Of a stretch of DNA of 64,000 nucleotides, positions 52,871 through 64,000 are shown piece by piece (within the stretch, counting starts at the first letter, position 1; each line of letters begins with the position of its first letter). The stretch is taken from NCBI RefSeq assembly GCF_006345805.1, contig NC_042998.1, positions 128,526,001 to 128,590,000 of the forward strand, read 5' to 3'. This stretch comes from Octopus sinensis (taxonomy: Eukaryota). The translations under genes and the position numbers were made by a program. The notes beneath the pieces were generated by a model. It saw only the letters and a program-made list of their open reading frames with translations. It was not told the origin of the DNA and searched no databases.

Positions 52871-55774
52871 ACAGTATGAATAATTAATGTTTTAGCTATG
52901 AAAACTACTACATACATAGAAGTACTATCATCGCTATTTTGATGCATAAATAATAGATCTATTATATCAGTACCTTCTTCATATTCTTAGTTGGTAAAGA
53001 TAGAAAATTTAAACTGCTTTTTACATTCACAGAAGTGCAGGAACAGTTAGCCATTGTTCTGGATACTTTCACTACTACCACACCATCGAATAAATGGACC
53101 AGTCCACCTAGCTGTTTATAGGCATTGCAGAGTAGGAGCAACTTGCTTTACTAACCAGTTATAATACTGACAAATACTATTAGCCAGCTATTGTTTAACA
53201 TCAAATCAGGATTGATTGAATAGACCTATGACCACAAGACAATACAGCTATGGCCATCCTGTCTGCTTCACATGAAAACATCACCCAAAACAACTAAGCA
53301 TATTTTAATGATGGTAATGCTTAATTTAGCAGAAAAATGGTCTCTTCAACTGACTTGCCAAAAATACACAAAATATGAAGCCGATAAGGAACACTTTATG
53401 CAGTTACTGAACCTGATAGAAATAACAGTCAGATCTCAATCAAATCATACCAAAACAGTAAAACAGTTTTGATGAAAAGAAAGGGGGCACAATGGATAAT
53501 ATTTATCACAGTCTGAATGTCTTTGATTGTACATTTCCTTGACCAAAGCAGAACTGGGTTAAGCAACAACAATAAAATCCAAGATACTCAGTAATGGATT
53601 TACAACTAAATGGAGTTCGGAACTTGCCACCATCTCAAGGTTCCATCTCTCTTTTCTAAAGATTTCTATGTGCACTTGATAGGACAAAAGGTCATGGAAA
53701 GCTAGTTTCCACTCCCAAATTGAAAACCTTTCATTTTACTTATGACACAAAAAACCTTAAGGGAGGCTAGATGGCTCTCATTCCAATTCCTTTCTGTAGT
53801 TAATCTGATACTTTATACTAAGAGAAATATATAACTGTAGTAGGCATGTGAATACTGCCACCACCAATACAGCGACCATCAGTTTTAGGTTCAGTCTAAT
53901 CCAAACTGTCATGGAGTGGGCAAGACCTCTTGAAAACAGACACACACACATGTATGTGCGTGTGCATGTATACAGATAGGAGAGATAGTGTTGTGCATCT
54001 GGGTGTGTATAATGCGCATGGTTCAGAGGTTAGAACATTGGGCTCACAATTATGAGGGAGTAAATTTGATTCAAGGAATGGGCAGTGTGTTGTGATCTTG
54101 AGCAAGACACTTTATTTTACGTTGGTCCAGTTCACTCATCTGTAGAACTGATTTGCGATGTCACTGTTGTTAAGCTGTATTGGCCTTTGGCTATGCATGG
54201 GTGGCATAGGGGGCGGTATGCATGGGTGACTGCTAGTCTTCTATAAACAACTTCGCCTGGACTTATGCCTCAGAGAGTAACTTTCTAGGTGCAATCCAGT
54301 CATTCATGACCGAAGGGGAGTCTTTACTCCTCACACACATACATATGTACATACATACATACATATACACACACACACACATGTATGCATTTATGTATAT
54401 ATGTGCATCAGAGGGTGACTTTCTAGGTGCAATCCCAGAGTCATTCATGACTGAAGGGGGTTTTTACTCCTTACACACACACATATACACACACATGTAC
54501 TTATACATATATGTAAGTATATACATATATATATATATACATACATACATACACACACACATACATGTATGCACTGATGTATATGTGTAGGTGTATGTAT
54601 TTGTAGATGTGCGTGTCATTGTTTTTATGTCCACTTTTCCATGCTTGCATGGGTCAGACAGAATTTGTTGAGACAGATTTCCTGTAGGTGGATGACCTTC
54701 CAGTCACCGCCCTTCCTTGCCTGTCATCAAGCAAGATAATGTTTCCCCATGGATGGATACATTAACACAGAAGGCTAGAAGCAAAGAACACAGCTTGTTT
54801 AACAGTAATACTTGCTTTCAATTACCACATGGTGTTAAGACAGAGACACAAACACACACTTCATTTAATATCCATGTTCCATAATAGCATAAGTTAGAGA
54901 GTTTGGAAGGTCCAGGGACTGTATCATGCTCCAGTGTTTGCTTCAACATGGTTTCTATGGCTGGACACTCAGAGAGATGATGGGGTGATGAGGCTAACAG
55001 GCTTCTTCCAGTTTTATCATCATCATCATCCCACTAATAACATTTTAGTTGGTTGGCCTGAAGCTGTAGGAAAAGATACTTGCTTAAAGGTGTTATACAG
55101 TGAGACTGAACCTGAAAATGTGTAGGTGGAAAGCAAACCTCATAACCATACAACCACACTGCACCTATATACACAATATGTGTGTGTGTGTAATATTCAT
55201 ATATATTAATATATATACATATATATGTGGGAGTGCTCTAAAGTTCCTGGCTTTAAGGGTATCACAAAAGGCCTAGCAGGAAGTTCAACCTTCTGAGTTC
55301 ATTTATAGGGCTTAGAAAAACTGAAGGACTGGTGCAATAAGTGTGTGAATCAGAGAGGAATATGTTGTATAAAATCAAAATTAACTGATCCTTCTGTATA
55401 TTTCTTTACCCAAAGCCAGGAACTTTTTAGCACCCCGTGTGTGTGAGAGAAAGAGAAATAGTTGGAGGTAATTCAAAGTGAGTAGAGTGTAGCAGAGACA
55501 GTAGATAAACCTTAGAGTGGCAAAGAAACTTTGAACAAGAGTAATTCAAAGTCTTTGTTGCACATGTCCAAATGAAAGATTGAGAGTGGATTCTATATAG
55601 ACTCAGACTGGCCACTGGGTGTGGCCTAGGCAACAGATGGGTTAGTGGTAGAAGATGTGAGATATCATTTCCAACAGGACTTTTATTTGGAAATGTTTCA
55701 TATTGCACCCTTTCCTCAGTAACTTGAAAATACAATGGAGATGTGCGAAAAAGAATTATTTTAGTTGTTACTTC

Positions 55775-55803
<29 letters not shown>

Positions 55804-55805
<2 letters not shown>

Positions 55806-55988
55806 CGTGACGTACATTTGCCATTTAAATATGACTAACCCCTAAGGGTGGATGCTACTGTAGTTTGTAGCCCCAGGAGGACACCTCCTCCAGCTGGCCA
55901 TAGACAGGTGTCCTCCTGGGGCTACAAACTACAGTAGCATCCACCCTTAGGGGTTAGCCATATTTAAATGGCAAATGTACGTCACGAT
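55804..55988. repeat. Near-perfect inverted repeat, 83-bp arms, 19-nt loop
   Basis: 55804-55886 vs 55906-55988, with 1 mismatch. Confidence 0.95.
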
Positions 55989-56804
55989 GTGTTGTAGCTA
56001 CTGTTTATAACTCGCTCTGAGATTTATTATTGCTTATATATATATCATCATCATTTAATGTGTATATATAAATATATCCATTATGGATGAGGACAGCTGT
56101 GTAAAGAAGTGCTAATCTCTAATTGTGGGGTGAACCTGTGGAAGAGGAAGACTCAGGAAGACATGGGACAAAGTGGTGAAGCATGATTTTCGAACGTTGG
56201 GTCTCTCAGAGACAATGACAAGTGATTGCAACCTTTGGCAATTCGTTATGCTTGAGAAGACTTGTGCAGCCAAGTGAAATCATAGCTGTGGCCAGTGTTG
56301 GTGACATGTAAAAGGCACCCACTACACTCTTGGAGTGGTTGGCATTAGGAAGTGCATCCAGCCATAGAAACCAAGCCCAAATCAGGCTGGAAACTAATGC
56401 AGCTCCCCAGATTACCAACTCCAGTCAAACTATCTAACCAATGCCAGCATGGAAAGCAGACACTAAATGATGATGACGAGGTTGGTGATGATATATATAC
56501 ATATATATATTTAAAATTAAAATGAGGGTGAAAAATTGGATATTAATTTGATAACATCAATTTTAACACCAGTAGTCTAGCATATAAAAAAAACTGAGAT
56601 TCAGTAAATAGTATTACATTTATTATGTATCATCATCATCATCATCATCATCGTTTAACGTCCGCTTTCCATGCTAGCATGAGTTGGACGGTTCAACTGG
56701 GGTCTGGCAAGCCCGAAGGCTGCACCAGGCCAGTCAGATCTGGCAGTGTTTCTACAGTTGGATGCCCTTCCTAACGTCAACCACTCCGAGAGTGTAGTGG
56801 GTGA

Positions 56805-57095
56805 TTTTATGTGCCACTGACACAGGTGCCAGACGAGGCTGGCAGACGGCCACGCTCGGATGGTGTTTTTTATGTGCCACCAACACAGGTGCCAGATGAG
56901 GCTGGCAGACGGCCACGCTCGGATGGTGTTTTTTATGTGCCACCGACACAGGTGCCAGACGAGGCTGGCAGACGGCCACGCTCGGATGGTGTTTTTTATG
57001 TACCACTGACACAGGTGCCAGACGAGGCTGGCAGACGGCCATGCTCGGATGGTGTTTTTTATGTGCCACCGACACAGGTGCCAGACGAGGCTGGC
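56805..57095. repeat. 63-bp tandem repeat (about 4.5 copies) amplified inside a SINE-like element
   Basis: Unit starts at 56811, 56874, 56937, 57000 and 57063. Confidence 0.92.
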
Positions 57096-57596
57096 GATCT
57101 CAAAGCACAGATGTGGCTGTGTGATAAGAAGTTTGCTTCTCAGCCACATGGCTCTAGGTTCAGTACCATTGCATTGCACTTTAGACAAGTGTCTTCTACT
57201 ATAGCCTTGTGAGTGAAATCTGGTAGGTGGAAACATGAAAGAAGCTAGCCATACATGTGTTTGTGTGTGTATCTCATTTTGACATCATGATAGTTAGAAA
57301 TGAGTAACACTGTCATACAAGCTGTCTCCTTCATTTCCAGAATTCTATGAAAGTGTGTCTGACCATGGGGAAATGCTGGCTTGCTTGGAAATGGGTGAGG
57401 GTTGGCAACAGGAAAGCCACCTGACCGATGCAAGCATGGAGAAGCAATATAAAATGATGATGATGAACGACGACATATGAGTGCTTTTATTACTTCTACT
57501 CAGAAAAAAACTCCCACAAGTATTGTTAATTTTTATGACATAAAAACTACCCAATTGGAACAAGACTTAGCAAAATATTTAGAAAAAATTATTTAC

Positions 57597-57839
57597 CTGA
57601 AATGCAGAAGCAACCATTGCGTTTGGCATCGTGACAGATGACCTGCATCGAAATCGCACTAAATGCGACATTTTTGGAGGTGGTTTTTCTTTTAATGGTT
57701 CCTTAGGAGGCACAGCACTTAAATCAATTTTCATTGTTGAATCTAAGTTATTTTTCCGTGAAAGAGTCTCCCTTAAACTCTCTCTCCGAAGAGGTCCTTT
57801 ATTTTTAGCTATGCTATTTCTCCGATTTAACTTAAACAT
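57597..57839 (-). CDS. Candidate alternative first coding exon of the ferlin gene (81 aa, MFKLNRRNS...VASAFQ)
   Basis: Open frame from ATG at 57839 to a donor CAG|GTAAAT at 57597/57596 in phase 0. It joins the C2B exon as SAFQ|IRVKVLEARQ, mirroring ferlin DFQ|IRVRVIEGRQ. An in-frame TAA lies upstream at 57873-57875, and the exon is CpG-richer than its flanks. Confidence 0.6.
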
Positions 57840-60171
57840 AGTGAATGTATTATCAACCAAGTTATGACATAGTTATCCAGCTGTAGCATTTTTTTTTTTT
57901 ACTTCTCTCACTGCTATTCAAAACTTTATATAAATTATGTTGGTAAAAGTTTCTGATAAACAATTAGTATATCCATATCTTCCACGGTGTTTGAAAATAT
58001 ACTTTCCTAAATTAAAGTGAACATTTAGTAAAAATGTTCATAAACAAAAGTTGACTGGGTTCAAACAGAAATATAACTCTTCATGATCACTGACAGGAGT
58101 AATTATAACAGATGATAAGTAAACCAAAATGGCCTATATCACAACTGTTATAGAGAGAATATTAGTGGGAGGGGAAGAAGGCAAAAATCAATACACCTAA
58201 TATTAATGTGTTGATAAATTCAATCATCAATGTAGAAGGCTGAAACTAGCACAGATGTCAAAATAATAATGAAGGTGAGGAAACTCTTAGTCATAGGTCT
58301 AATTTTAATATTTCAGAATATTAATATAATAAAGTTATTTCTCTTTTCACATGAAAACACAGAGATTCAGAACAAATTATTCATGCTAAAATATAGCCAA
58401 AATTCTATTGACTATGATTATGAGAAGGTTTCTCTACACAATATTTACAAAACTGCTACATAAAAACCTAGAAGGTATTGCTTTCTAATTATAATGTAAT
58501 AATTTAATAAAGTTTTTGGTTTCCATTTATTCAAGAACTTAAGAAAAGAAACATGAAAATAAATTTCTGGAGGCTGTTTAAAACTGCATACATGAGAATA
58601 GCACTTGCCGTTAGGATGTATTGCAATGTCAAAAGAAAAAAACACTGTTAAAAAGTAATATTCCAAAAAGAAACTAACCTTGATCACATTATTTGGTTTC
58701 AATTAAGAGGCCATTTCTAATTCAGGCTCTATTATTGATAACCGAAAAACATTAGTTCTTCAGTTGTTCATAATCAAAATTATTTACACAAAATGCCCAT
58801 CTTATTTCAAATGAAGTATTCTTGGTCTTATTGCTTCTAATCTTCATATCAGAAACTAGTCTATTCCAACCATTAATACATTTTCCATCACCAGTAAAAA
58901 TACTGACAAAGCAACACCTCTTAAGATATTAGAATATGAAATAGCTTTGGAATTTCTTTGAAGATAATTGAGGAAATTTAAAAGCCACATTGACTTCTTG
59001 TCAGTCCAGGACTTTACTCACAACATTCAATGTTCCACTACTCAAAATTAGTTCCATTCTTATAGTACTTCATATTTTAAGCAGTTATAGTTTCCTCCAG
59101 AGCAGTGGTGAAATTCTGTCTGCTAATAAAGTCTCTAAAAATCTATAGAAGGATGAGAGCAATTAAATTCTTAAGACCAAAACAGTAATTTTATATAGAT
59201 TGCATACTTTATTTTTCTCTCTATAAATGAACCCACTTCCCAGATTATGTACTTGCAATTCACTCATAGCATTAAAAAAAAAAAAAAAGCACCAACCTAG
59301 TAGCACAATAACGAAATAATTCAATCATATTTATGGATAGCAAGAATAGAAGATTAGAAACAGTAAAACCAGGAATATTTTAGCTGAGCTAAGATGGAAA
59401 TTTGAGTATCAATGTTAAGTAAATTTTTCTTTTTGGTTGTCCATATTTAAAATTATTCCCACACCCCATCACCACTAAAAACAGTTGCATATTCTATATT
59501 CTAGTATCTTGTGTTAAGAGAAGATGCTCTGTTATATTCTCAGTATCTGGAGTTAAGGACATTTTTAGTGACTCTCACAACCTTAATAGGTATTAGAGAG
59601 CAAAGGAAGTTTTTCGTTTCCTTGAAATTACTTTCTCCCCACTTCTTTCTAAACCTGTGTCCTCCTGTACTAAAGATTACACATTTATTCCTGTGAATCC
59701 AAGTTTAGAAGAATATATACATAGCCTTGAAGCAATTCATAAGTGAAATGATTCACCAAACAGCTCTGTCATGTAGTCAACTCAAGAATAAACTAGAATA
59801 CTGAAGAAATATTAAATATTTTTTCAAATATGCAAAAAGAGTGCACAATATGTATACACTTTGCCTATCAGCAACCAAAAATAACACTATCTAGATATAA
59901 AATATAAAAGACTTTTACAAAGCTTTCTCAAAAAAATAGAGTAATATATTTATTCTAGCTAAGAATATATTAATTGAAGTTAATTTTAAGAACACCAAAA
60001 AACCAAATTCATAAGAAAACAGTCAATCAATTTCAACTTTAGAGTGTTAGATTGTGAGGACTTGTTTTTTTACCAACAGAATGTTCAACATTGAATTCAA
60101 GAGAGGAATAATGAATTTTATAGCTAAATTCAAGTTCTGTCAACTTTAATCAAAACATATTTACATATTGA

Positions 60172-60880
60172 CAGCCGTCAAAATTTGGATTTATTCCTAA
60201 CTTCAGCTGCTGTAATGAACTCATCGAGCTTCTTGAGGACATTACCCGAATCACTGATGGTGGCTCCTGGGTGGATGTTTACCTGGACTTTCCTAAGGCT
60301 TTTAATTCTGTGCCACACAAAAGACTTATGGTGAAACTCTCTGCAATGGGTATAAGAGATGATCTTTATAACTGGTTCAAGTCCTTTATTATCGACCGAA
60401 AAGAGGTTGTCACAGTTCTAGGACAGCACTCTTCACTCTATAAGATGACATCTGGTGTTCCACAGGGATCTCTTCTTGGCCCCCTTTTATTTGTTGCATA
60501 TGTTATTAACCTTCTTACTAACAATAACTCTGAGCACCTTTTCAAACTCCACCTGTCTAACACCCGTGGACACGTTTACAAAGTCAGAAAACAGCATAGC
60601 TCCCATGACTTTTGGAAACATTTTTTCATGCTAGGAGTTGCTGAAACATGGAACAAACTGCCAGCATCAGTTGTCAGAGCACTGCATCCTTCAAAACTTC
60701 CATACTTCCTGAGATTCGCCAACACTACACTTGATTTTCTCCCCTCCATACACACGCAAGTATTATCTGACTCATACACTGTTCACTTCCCAGACATTTG
60801 TACATTACTGCATATGCTTTATATGCACTTTTGATAAGTTGTGGTGCACCTGAGCACTGTATACAATAATTTCATGATAA
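60172..60880 (+). mobile_element. CR1-type LINE fragment with an in-frame internal deletion
   Basis: FGF..SC..L.E.LED, YLDFPKAFNSVPH and TSGVPQGSLLGPLLF are joined directly to the C-terminal TRGH..K...FF...V..WNKLP. YADD is absent. Confidence 0.88.
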
Positions 60881-63218
60881 TTATTTTTTATGTGGGGAAA
60901 AAAATTGTCACAAGGGAACTAACTCATGTTTTGCATATTATTTCCCTTTACAAAAGGACTTGCAAATTTTGAGTTATCTTGTGAGTATTAAAATGTTCTT
61001 CAGTCAGGCAGAATGTTTACCACTTGAGTAGAATCAATGAATATACTTTCTAAATATACTGTCTACTTGCACTCAATTATAGCATCTATCTAATAAATTT
61101 AGAATTTCTTCTCTTTACAGTAGGTTAACATTTTCAGACATGCTTGTTTGCTTAAACCACAAGGAACATGTCAATAGACAGAATCAGTTTTTTGTAGTTT
61201 GAAATGCAAGGTTGATGGCATTTCACTCCGGTGTTTTCGTGCTATATAAGGTCCAGAGTTTCAATGCTTTATTTTAAACCAGCAATATTATTTAGTTTGA
61301 TGATTACAATAATTATAAGTGTAGATATTTTCCATTTAAAGATAGCATATGTCAGAAAAAAATATTTTGACATTTTTCAGAGATTAATAAATACTCAAAG
61401 AACAATTAAATCTTAGTAGAAAAAAAAAGGACTGCTCAAAGAAGATATCTGAACCAACTCTATGCAAACCTCTTTATAAAGAAACTGTATTTTAGTAGTA
61501 GTTGTCTAACCCTAACTCAATGCTTACTGAGCAAGCTTAGGATCAAAGGCATTCCAACCTGGCCTAGTCTGACTTTTGTGCAAAGGCAGTAGGGTGTACT
61601 TTCAAAGATACTTGCCTTCTATATCTAGCACCTCTACCTAAAATGGAAAGGCTCCATCATGAGCTTGTGTATTCTATTTCTGCAAATAGTAACAGACAAT
61701 GCATTATCTTTAAGTAATTGGATAAATTCACAAGTTTACTACCAAAATATAGAAATCTTGTTTGTTTATAAACTGTTTCTTTGACAACTGATAGGTTTAT
61801 TGCTCTGAGAATCCACCAGCTTTATCATTCATAGGTCTACAAACTTAAATGCCATCACAATAACTTTGATAATAAGCAGAAAAATTCCGAGGGTATAACA
61901 CGTGCAAAGACATGGTGAAATTTAACTGAAGACTCATACTATGCTTGCTGATTATCTGCTGCAATATTAGTTATCAGTTCAATTTTAACTAATTTTGTAA
62001 ATAAATAAACACTTAGTCTCCTTTGAAGTTATATAGCCTCAAAAATTTTGGGCCTTATCTTAGGGTTACATTGATGCAAATCTAAGGATAATTTTATCCT
62101 TTCTTATAGGAAATGGTAACTAGCTAAAATTGCAAGAAATACATAATTATTCTAGAATTGCTTGAAATGGCCGGAAATATCCCAGGAGATATTGTAAGAG
62201 TCTGATACACATTCATATATTGATATTAATATCTAATTTGTTGACTAATGCATCCACCTTGTCATTGACAGATCAAAGTTTATGAGGGTTCAAATATTGT
62301 ACCAATACTATGGGAGATTGATAACAAAATAAAAAATATTCGATATAGCTACTCATGAAGATTTAGGTGTTCTTAGACAGACTGATGGCTTGAGAGAGAT
62401 AAAGACAATATGACAACATATTGAAAATCTACGAACAGATAAAGCTTTACGTTTCTGATCAAGGTACGTAACTCTTGCCTGACTTATTTTACAACTGAGA
62501 AATAATTTAATAGAAAGGAGTCTCAAATCAATTTACTCCAAAACTTGTGGACGAAAAAAATCAAAACAAAACCAAAAAACTCATCTACACTATGAGAAAT
62601 TAAAATGAAGCACATGTGTATATTAATTTGTGAAGTAAAAATTTTTGCAGCAAAATATCTTTATCCCGCATCACAAAAAGAAATGTCCACCTACTTTCAG
62701 ATCAAATCTGTCAAATGAAAGAGACAAATAAAACTAATAGTTAATTTCATGTAAATGTGGAAAATACCACAAATACTCAAATCTATATTTCATTGAAAAA
62801 GAATAAAAGAACCATAATACTCGTAGAATAGTTTGCAGAGAGCAAACAAGAGAAACAAATATAATTTTTCGAGCAGAAAATTCTTCTTGAAAGAGATCTG
62901 CCCAAAATGTTAGACCTTGCTTCTTCACAAAAAGTTCATTTTTTCCACACGGCAAACTTTTAGTATTCACCGTTTGGTGGCACAAGCCAGCACTACTTTA
63001 CTTAGACTGATTCTACTGTTTTGCAAAAAGCACTGGTGCTGGTATTATGTAAAAAGCAATGGTGCTGGTGCCACATAAAAATCACCCAGTACACTCTGCA
63101 AAGTGACTGGTGTTAGGAAGGGCATTCAGCTGCAGAAACCAAACAAATACAGACTATGGAGGCTGGGGAAGTTCCTGTCAAACCACCAAACCCATGACAG
63201 CATGGAAAATGGACGTTA

Positions 63219-63255
<37 letters not shown>

Positions 63256-63675
63256 CATATAAAACTACACTGACATAACTATTGATCTGCTTGACATATT
63301 AATAATGCAGTAATTTTACTTCTGAAACATTCTATTCAAATAAACCTCATTAAGTAGTGGAAAGTTTTAATTCATTTCTCTACAAAAGTTTTCACTCCTT
63401 ATTTCTAAGTTTTGAGTGGGGAAAAAATCATATCAGAACATTGCAGGTTCTGGAGAATTTATCACGAAACCAAAAAAATTACAAACGGAAACTGATATCA
63501 TGCAAGTGGCTTAAGATATTTTCTGGGGAAAAGTGAAGTTTTTTTTTGTTTGTTTTATTTTTAAAGCTAGTAATCAAATTTATCACAAATTAGAGCCCAT
63601 TTCTTCTAATCTTACTATATTAGATAAAAAGAAATTAATAGAACTTCCAGTGAAACCATGAATACCTTTTAGGCT

Positions 63676-63835
63676 TAAGCATGGCTGTATGGTAAGAAGC
63701 TTGCTTCCCAACCACATGGTTTCAGGTTCAAGTCTCATTGCATGGCACCTTGAGAAAGTGTCTTTTACTATAGCTCCAGGCTGACTAAAAATCTTGTGAG
63801 TGGATTTGATAGATGGGAATTGAAAAAACCTGTCA

Positions 63836-63840
<5 letters not shown>
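63676..63840 (+). mobile_element. tRNA-derived SINE with microsatellite tail; relatives at about 57105-57250 (+) and 51430-51620 (-)
   Basis: A box TGGCTGTATGGT, B box GGTTCAAGTC, shared body GCACCTTGAGAAAGTGTCTTTTACTATAGC. Confidence 0.7.
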
Positions 63841-63868
<28 letters not shown>

Positions 63869-64000
63869 GTACACACACACACACACACACATACATACAT
63901 ACATACACATGTATGCGTGCATGTTTGTGTTTGTTTGTCTGCCACCACAGCTTGACAATTAGTGTTGGTTTGTTTATGTCTCTGCAACTTATCATTTTGA

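Noticed and set aside
56811-57095. CRISPR-like or other prokaryotic interpretation of the regular repeats
   Set aside because: Units are contiguous without unique spacers, and the context is clearly eukaryotic intron.
56655-57236. 193-, 133- and 107-aa repetitive ORFs
   Set aside because: Explained by the 63-bp tandem repeat inside a SINE-like element.
61850-62480. Possible degenerate reverse transcriptase (LADYLL, YLRV) and a plus-strand AAG|GTACGT donor
   Set aside because: Motif spacing is too short and the similarity too weak to support by eye.

Overview
AT-rich, microsatellite- and SINE-dense eukaryotic DNA. The repeat families and composition point to a coleoid cephalopod, probably Octopus (inference). 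The window is mostly intronic DNA of one minus-strand type-1 ferlin gene (dysferlin/myoferlin-like). I could splice 12 exons by hand (42432 down to 880) into one open frame covering C2B, FerI, C2C and the start of the next segment; the gene continues past position 1. There is also a candidate alternative first coding exon (57597-57839) that would replace C2A, and a candidate 12-nt microexon (7526-7537). The introns hold CR1/L2 and RTE LINE remnants, a Tc1/mariner relic, several MITEs, a non-autonomous Helitron, tRNA-derived SINEs and minisatellites. The most unusual signals are a repeat family carrying a predicted minimal type-I hammerhead ribozyme with a swapped G3-C8 core (21821-21870 minus, 49907-49957 plus) and five long fold-back hairpins built from unrelated repeats. 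Nearly all ORFs in the supplied track are spurious. All alignments and folds were done by eye; family names come from recalled motifs, not database searches.
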